The position numbers were made by a program, and so were the translations under genes. A DNA stretch of 32,000 nucleotides from positions 30,540-62,539 of the forward strand of contig PKUD01000123.1 of the NCBI GenBank assembly GCA_002869695.1, read 5' to 3'. The DNA comes from Desulfuromonas sp. GTDB lineage: Bacteria; Desulfobacterota; Desulfuromonadia; Desulfuromonadales; Geopsychrobacteraceae. Below the pieces are notes generated by a model. That model saw only the letters and a list, made by a program, of their open reading frames with translations, did not search any database and was not told the origin of the DNA. Below are positions 26,863 through 32,000 of the stretch, piece by piece; the first letter of the stretch is position 1; every line of letters starts with the position of its first letter.

Positions 26863-26956
26863 ATTTTGAAACTGTGCATTTGACCAGTAAAATCATTGTG
26901 ATTTTGTCCTGTTGAGGCATTTTCTTTTGCCAGATGCTATGTTAAGATTCTGCGCT

Positions 26957-28165
26957 ATGCCAAGTTATTTGTGTAAAATAGGAACTGCGGACGGACGTGT
27001 TGTAGAAAAGACTTTTGACGCGGCCGGCAGGGAACAACTGAAGGAGAATCTTGAAGAGCAGGGTTTTTTTGTTTTTCAGATTCGTCTGCAGCTTTTCCAG
27101 TTCTTAAAACAGGCCGATGCGCAACGGGGCAAGTTGAGTGGCCGGAGATTCCTGGCGTTCAACCGCGAACTGTTGGTGCTGCTTAGGTCCGGTTTGCCTG
27201 TTCTACAAGTTTTCGATGCTCTGCTCAGCCAGATGGAGACAAGTGGCTTGCGCGAAGTTCTTGGGGAGATACGTGAAGAGGTCAAGGGAGGCAGCATGCT
27301 TTCCGACGCCTTTGCCAAGTATCCCCGATATTTTCCCCATCTGTATGTTGCCTCAATCAGGGCAGGTGAGAAGACCGGTGATCTGCCGGTGACTCTGACC
27401 CGCTACCTTGAATACCAACAACGGGTGGAAGAAATTCGTGCGCGGGTCCGGAGCGCCTCTTTTTATCCGGTTCTGCTGACCACTGCTGCCGTGAGCGTGC
27501 TTGTTTTTCTGATCCTCTATGTCGTGCCGAGCTTTACCCAGATATATGCAGACGCCAAGGTCGAGCTCCCTTTCATGACCCGGATGCTGATCGGGTTTTC
27601 TGACGGATTCGGCCGCATCGCGCCACTTCTGCTGGTCGCTTGCGTGATCCTTTATTTCTCGTTCAAGGGCGCGGCACGGACTTCAAAGGGGCGTTTGTTC
27701 TTTGACAAGGGTCTGCTTCGGCTGCCGTTCTTTGGCCAGTTGATGAGAGATTATGCCCTTTCCAGTTTCAGTCGCACGCTGGGAACGACTCTGGCGAGTG
27801 GAACGCCGCTCGTGCCGGCCATGACCATGTCACGGGGAACCTTGAACAATCGGGTGCTGGAAAACGAAATGGTTTCAGCCATCCATCGGGTTGAAGAAGG
27901 AACCGCTCTTTCCGATTCGCTACAACGCAGCGGGTTTTTCCCCGTTATCGCCCTGCGGATGATTGGAGTCGGTGAAACGACCGGCGCGCTGGACGAGATG
28001 CTGGGCGAGGTCGCCGCATATTATGAAAGTGAAGTTGAGCGCAGGCTGACTCTTTTAACCACCCTGATCGAACCGGTACTGATGCTCAGTATGGGGTTGA
28101 TGATCGGTGCGATTGTCTTTGCCATGTATGTTCCGATTTTCCAACTGGGCACGGCAATCGGTTAA
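26957..28165 (+). CDS. Type II secretion / type IV pilus platform protein (GspF/PilC family)
   Basis: 402 aa from MPSYLCKIGTADGRVVEKTFDAAG. Duplicated T2SSF domains (..LSDAFAKYPRYFPHLYVASIRAGEKTGDL.. and ..LSDSLQRSGFFPVIALRMIGVGETTGALD..) and three TM segments. Confidence 0.88.
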   Translation: MPSYLCKIGTADGRVVEKTFDAAGREQLKENLEEQGFFVFQIRLQLFQFLKQADAQRGKLSGRRFLAFNRELLVLLRSGLPVLQVFDALLSQMETSGLREVLGEIREEVKGGSMLSDAFAKYPRYFPHLYVASIRAGEKTGDLPVTLTRYLEYQQRVEEIRARVRSASFYPVLLTTAAVSVLVFLILYVVPSFTQIYADAKVELPFMTRMLIGFSDGFGRIAPLLLVACVILYFSFKGAARTSKGRLFFDKGLLRLPFFGQLMRDYALSSFSRTLGTTLASGTPLVPAMTMSRGTLNNRVLENEMVSAIHRVEEGTALSDSLQRSGFFPVIALRMIGVGETTGALDEMLGEVAAYYESEVERRLTLLTTLIEPVLMLSMGLMIGAIVFAMYVPIFQLGTAIG

Positions 28166-28196
28166 GTGCACGAAACAGACAGGATGAGTTTATTCA

Positions 28197-29912
28197 ATGA
28201 AATTTGAACGCAAAATGCTCGGGCACTTGCTGGTCGAGATGGGCGACATTACCCCGACAGAGATTGATCTGATCGTCGAGCAGCAGCAGATCGCCGGCTT
28301 GAAGTTCGGCCAGACCGGAGTCAGGGAGGGCTTTTTTACCGAAGAGGAGCTGGCCCAGGCGCTTGCGACCCAATTTCAGTATGAATATATCGATCTCGAT
28401 AAGACGGTCCTTGACCAGAGCCTGGTTGAAAGCCTTCCAGCTGGCCTGCCGCACAAGTTTAAACTTGTCCCTTTGAAGCGCGACGATCAGACCCTGATCG
28501 TCGCTGTAAGTGACCCCACGGATATCAGGTCACTCGACAACCTGGAATTGCAGCTGGGCCTGCAATTGCAACTGAAAGTCGCGTCACCTTCGAAGATAGT
28601 CAGGTTTCTCGAGCGCGGCGAAGGCTCGCAGAGGGTTCTGCGGGAGGCATCAGAAGATTTCAAGCTGCAGCTGGTCAAGGAGACCGACAAAGGGGAAGAG
28701 GTTCTTTCCATTGAGAAACTGACGGCCGATACAAGTCCGATTATCCGACTGATCGACTCGACCCTGTATGATGCCTTGAATAAAAGTGCCAGCGATATCC
28801 ACATAGAAGCCACTGCAGAAGGGGTTGTCATCAAGTTCCGTGTTGATGGTGTCCTCTACCAGGCCACGGAAACAATCGATGGCCGCTTTAAGAGCCCGAT
28901 CATCTCGCGTATCAAGGTCATGAGCGAGCTGGATATTTCCGAACGACGTATCCCGCAGGATGGCCGTTTCAAGGTACGTCTGGGTGGCAAGTCGATCGAT
29001 TTTCGTGTTTCGATCATGCCGACTGTTTTTGGTGAAGATGCGGTTATCCGTATCCTTGATAAGGAATCGATCGCCGCGGACATGAAAGGTCTTACCCTCG
29101 AGGTCCTTGGTTTTTCGGAAAAGGAACGGGAGCGTTTTCGAACCCGCATTCGTGAGCCGTACGGCATGGTGCTGGTCACCGGGCCGACCGGTAGCGGTAA
29201 AACCACAACACTCTACGCGGCCCTGACGGAAATCAATACGGATGACGAAAAAATTGTTACCATCGAGGATCCGGTGGAATACCAGGTCAAGGGGGTTGTT
29301 CAGGTTCCGGTCAATGAGAAGAAGGGGTTGACTTTTGCCCGGGGATTACGTTCTATCCTGCGTCATGACCCTGATAAAATCATGGTCGGTGAGATTCGTG
29401 ACCCGGAAACGGCACAGATCGCAGTTCAGTCCGCTTTGACGGGACACTTGGTGTTTACTACGGTTCACGCCAATAACGTTTTCGATGTGCTTGGTCGATT
29501 TATGCACATGGGGATCGATCCCTACAATTTTGTTTCCTGCCTGAACTGTGTCCTCGCTCAGCGACTGGTGCGGATCATTTGCCCCCACTGCAAAAAAGAA
29601 GTCAAATATTCACAAGAGGTTCTGGAAGACGCGGGGCTCAGCTACGAGAAATATGCTGATTTTGTTTTTTATGAGGGCGCCGGCTGTCAGGAGTGCAGCG
29701 GGCTAGGCTATCATGGTCGGGAGGCGATTGTGGAACTGCTTGAACTGACCGATGAGCTGCGGGAAAAGATTGCCGCTAAAAGCCCTGTCTCGGAATTAAA
29801 GAAAATTGCCATTGCTGGAGGGACAGTGTTTCTGCGGGAAGCAGCACTGGAAAAACTCTTTGCTGGTAAAACAACAATCCGCGAGATCAATCGCGTGACC
29901 TTTGTGGAGTGA
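28197..29912 (+). CDS. GspE/PilB/MshE-family secretion ATPase with N-terminal T2SSE_N (MshEN-like) domain
   Basis: 571 aa. Walker [10 protein letters not shown], Asp box, Walker B IMVGEIRD, His box, tetracysteine CPHC..CQEC zinc motif. Confidence 0.92.
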   Translation: MKFERKMLGHLLVEMGDITPTEIDLIVEQQQIAGLKFGQTGVREGFFTEEELAQALATQFQYEYIDLDKTVLDQSLVESLPAGLPHKFKLVPLKRDDQTLIVAVSDPTDIRSLDNLELQLGLQLQLKVASPSKIVRFLERGEGSQRVLREASEDFKLQLVKETDKGEEVLSIEKLTADTSPIIRLIDSTLYDALNKSASDIHIEATAEGVVIKFRVDGVLYQATETIDGRFKSPIISRIKVMSELDISERRIPQDGRFKVRLGGKSIDFRVSIMPTVFGEDAVIRILDKESIAADMKGLTLEVLGFSEKERERFRTRIREPYGMVLVTGPTGSGKTTTLYAALTEINTDDEKIVTIEDPVEYQVKGVVQVPVNEKKGLTFARGLRSILRHDPDKIMVGEIRDPETAQIAVQSALTGHLVFTTVHANNVFDVLGRFMHMGIDPYNFVSCLNCVLAQRLVRIICPHCKKEVKYSQEVLEDAGLSYEKYADFVFYEGAGCQECSGLGYHGREAIVELLELTDELREKIAAKSPVSELKKIAIAGGTVFLREAALEKLFAGKTTIREINRVTFVE

Positions 29913-29919
29913 TAAACTG

Positions 29920-30852
29920 GTGTTCAGACGGACCTATTTAGGATTGGATATCTGTCCGGATGGTTTGAGGGCCGTCGCCGTACAACGGCGCAGCCGTCAG
30001 GCCTGCCTGGTCGGTGGCCAGACCCTGACCTTCAGTGATGGCGTACTCAAGCCTGCTGCTAGAGATTTGAACATCCTGAAACCTGAGCTCTATATCGAGA
30101 ACCTGCGCGAGGTTCTGCTGCCACTGGCTAAGGCTGAGGAACGTGTCGCCGTCTCACTCCCGGATGCGTCAGGCAATACCTTTCTGCTCGATATTGACGC
30201 TGAATTGAAAAGCAGGCAGCAGAGTATCGATATCCTCAAGTGGCAAATCAAGGATTCCATGCCGGAGGGATATCGTGACTTCAGCCTTGATTATCAGGTT
30301 CTGGCACAGCGGGAGTCGGGAGAGCAGAGGGTTCTGGTGTCAACCGTCGACAATCAGGTCTTGCACCAGTACGAAGAGTTGATGGAGGCTGCCGGATTCA
30401 ATGCAAATCTGATCGATTTTCACGCATTTCAGTTGTACAACTGCTATCGCTCCAAAACCGATTTGGGTGACGATTTCATCCTGGTTGCGGCCAGTGGAAA
30501 GGATCTTATTCTGCTTGGCTTTAAGGGGCGGGTGCTGGATTTTTTCCGGGTCAAAAACGTAAACTACGACCCGGAAAATGTCTTTCGAGAAATCAACCGT
30601 TCGCTGGTCGCTTATCGCAAGGACAATCCCGGGCAGAGCCGGATGAAAATCTACCTCCACGCTGACTGGCTGGAACTGGACGTCTTACAGCAGGCTGTAC
30701 AGTCCGCATTCGCCCAGGATGTTCACATGTTGCCTCAACCGTTGCTGCAGCTCAAAGGTGATGTTCAGAAACTTGCGCTGACTGGGACCGAAATGGCAAG
30801 CATGGCAGCTGCACTGGGTGCGGCGGAACGACTGCTGGACAAGGCGATATAG
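29920..30852 (+). CDS. PilM-like (actin-fold) pilus assembly protein
   Basis: About 310 aa. N-terminal YLGLDICPDGLRAVAV resembles the PilM/FtsA phosphate-1 loop. GTG at 29920 has GGAG 10 nt upstream; the alternative TTG at 29902 overlaps the ATPase stop. Confidence 0.7.
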   Translation: MFRRTYLGLDICPDGLRAVAVQRRSRQACLVGGQTLTFSDGVLKPAARDLNILKPELYIENLREVLLPLAKAEERVAVSLPDASGNTFLLDIDAELKSRQQSIDILKWQIKDSMPEGYRDFSLDYQVLAQRESGEQRVLVSTVDNQVLHQYEELMEAAGFNANLIDFHAFQLYNCYRSKTDLGDDFILVAASGKDLILLGFKGRVLDFFRVKNVNYDPENVFREINRSLVAYRKDNPGQSRMKIYLHADWLELDVLQQAVQSAFAQDVHMLPQPLLQLKGDVQKLALTGTEMASMAAALGAAERLLDKAI

Positions 30853-30854
30853 AC

Positions 30855-31415
30855 ATGAAACTTGATCTGAATTTTGCCAGCCGCCACTATGTCAATCGCA
30901 GGCTTGTCAGTAAAGCATACTGGCTTGTGGCGATAGGTTTGCTCTGCCTGCTGATCTGGACTTTTTCCCAATGTCTGTTCGCACGGGACCAGATTCAGAA
31001 AAGCAAGGGTCAGCTGGCGGTGATTGCCCAGGAAGAGAGGGAGGTGCTCGGAACAAAATCTGTTTCTCTCGATAGCCTGAACCTTGATGAGATACGTTCG
31101 AAGTTTACCACCAACCAGATGCTGCTGGATCAGGATTCTTTTCGGTGGACGGCTTTGTTCGACCGGATGGAGATATTACTTCCTGCCGGTGTCAGTATCC
31201 GCCGTTTTCAGCCTGACTACGAGAAGCAGAGCCTGGCGATAGAGGGGGTTGCAAAAAACCTGTCTGCTTTGCAGCAACTGCTGGACAGGTTGCTCGAAGC
31301 GGACACGATAAGCAACGTGTATCTACAAAGACAGAGCGAGACAAAGGTCAGGGACACCTCTGGCAAGGAGTATCCGGCATTGAGTTTTTCCATTTCCCTG
31401 GAAGGGGTCTTCTGA
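30855..31415 (+). CDS. PilN-like bitopic pilus assembly protein
   Basis: 186 aa. Short cytoplasmic N-terminus, one TM helix (AYWLVAIGLLCLLIW), coiled coil, then a ferredoxin-like C-terminal region. Position after pilM-like. Confidence 0.65.
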   Translation: MKLDLNFASRHYVNRRLVSKAYWLVAIGLLCLLIWTFSQCLFARDQIQKSKGQLAVIAQEEREVLGTKSVSLDSLNLDEIRSKFTTNQMLLDQDSFRWTALFDRMEILLPAGVSIRRFQPDYEKQSLAIEGVAKNLSALQQLLDRLLEADTISNVYLQRQSETKVRDTSGKEYPALSFSISLEGVF

Positions 31416-31416
31416 G

Positions 31417-31995
31417 ATGGCCCGTACCGGAATGTTCAATATCCTTTGGCAGCAGAACCGGGTGATGAGCCTGTTCGTTTTACTGCTTCTGTTCGCCAAC
31501 CTCGGGGCTTTTCTTCTGCAGAACCAATTGTTCGAGAAGCAGCTGCAGGAAACGCGTAGCGAGGTTCGTGAGCGTCAACATGCGCTACGCAATCTCAAAC
31601 AGCAGAAAGAGGCGGGTAGCATGCCTGTTTCTGCGATAACCCAGGTTGATAACCAGCTCGCTGCGTTTCAGAAGCTGATCCCGCCTGCTTCAGAACTGTC
31701 AGCTTTTATCAAAGAACTTTTTACTTATGCCGACAGTGCCAAACTGGAGATCAAACAGATCAACTATCAGCCCGCGTGGGATGAAGAGTTCGCTCTGCTC
31801 AGTTATAATCTGCAGTTTTCCGTCAATGGCGAATATCGTCAGCTGAAAAAATTTATTCACCTGCTCGAGGGAGCTGAAAGAATTCTGGTTATCAGTGATA
31901 TCAGCCTTTCAGGGGGTGAGGGGCGCAAGGAAAAAAACGCTGAGGTGTCTCTTCGTATCCAGATGAAGACATTCTTTCGGGGAGAAGCAGAATGA
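31417..31995 (+). CDS. PilO-like bitopic pilus assembly protein
   Basis: 192 aa. One TM helix, coiled coil, C-terminal pattern ..YNLQFSVNGEYRQLKKFIHLLEGAERILVISDISL typical of PilO. Confidence 0.65.
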   Translation: MARTGMFNILWQQNRVMSLFVLLLLFANLGAFLLQNQLFEKQLQETRSEVRERQHALRNLKQQKEAGSMPVSAITQVDNQLAAFQKLIPPASELSAFIKELFTYADSAKLEIKQINYQPAWDEEFALLSYNLQFSVNGEYRQLKKFIHLLEGAERILVISDISLSGGEGRKEKNAEVSLRIQMKTFFRGEAE

Positions 31996-32000
31996 ATCGC
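31992..32000 (+). CDS. Start of next gene of the pilus cluster (only MNR visible)
   Basis: The ATG at 31992 overlaps the pilO-like stop (ATGA), with GGGGAG 7 nt upstream. Identity cannot be determined. Confidence 0.3.

Noticed and set aside
26916-26930. Sigma54-like element GGCAT-N-TTGC upstream of the pilus-like cluster
   Set aside because: GG and GC are separated by 11 nt rather than the strictly conserved 10, and the -24 box is GGCAT, not GGCAC. This is not good enough to call, though it is worth a look if an RpoN/PilR-type regulator is encoded nearby.

Overview
The window looks like a chromosomal segment from an anaerobic, Geobacter/Desulfuromonas-like deltaproteobacterium. That assignment is an inference from gene content only (split gcvPA/gcvPB, ThiH-type thiazole pathway, hgcAB). 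No database search was possible.

Most of the window is ordinary housekeeping:
- The 3' end of a response regulator, convergent with a methyl-accepting chemotaxis protein.
- tRNA-Arg, tRNA-His and tRNA-Leu, followed by the conserved tig-clpP-clpX-lon-hupB block.
- A tRNA-Asp/Val/Asp cluster.
- An SLC13/DASS-type permease with RCK_C domains.
- A TPP-riboswitch-controlled thiF-thiS-thiG-thiH-thiE operon on the minus strand.
- A yggT-divIVA-yggU-zinc-ribbon group.
- A folD-gcvT-gcvH-gcvPA-gcvPB operon.
- A TonB-family gene broken by one in-frame TAA.
- pta.
- The start of a type IV pilus-like assembly cluster (platform protein, ATPase, PilM/N/O-like), which runs off the window.

The stand-out is a two-gene unit at 14953-16428 (minus strand). 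It pairs a corrinoid membrane protein carrying the NVWCAAGK cap-helix motif with a small 2x[4Fe-4S] ferredoxin that ends in a vicinal Cys pair. This matches HgcA/HgcB, the mercury-methylation system. It sits directly downstream of a DAHP synthase gene, with no mer genes nearby.

I saw no CRISPR arrays, transposases, integrases or recognisable defence systems. Several long ORFs in the supplied track are antisense artefacts or over-extended starts, listed under rejected items.
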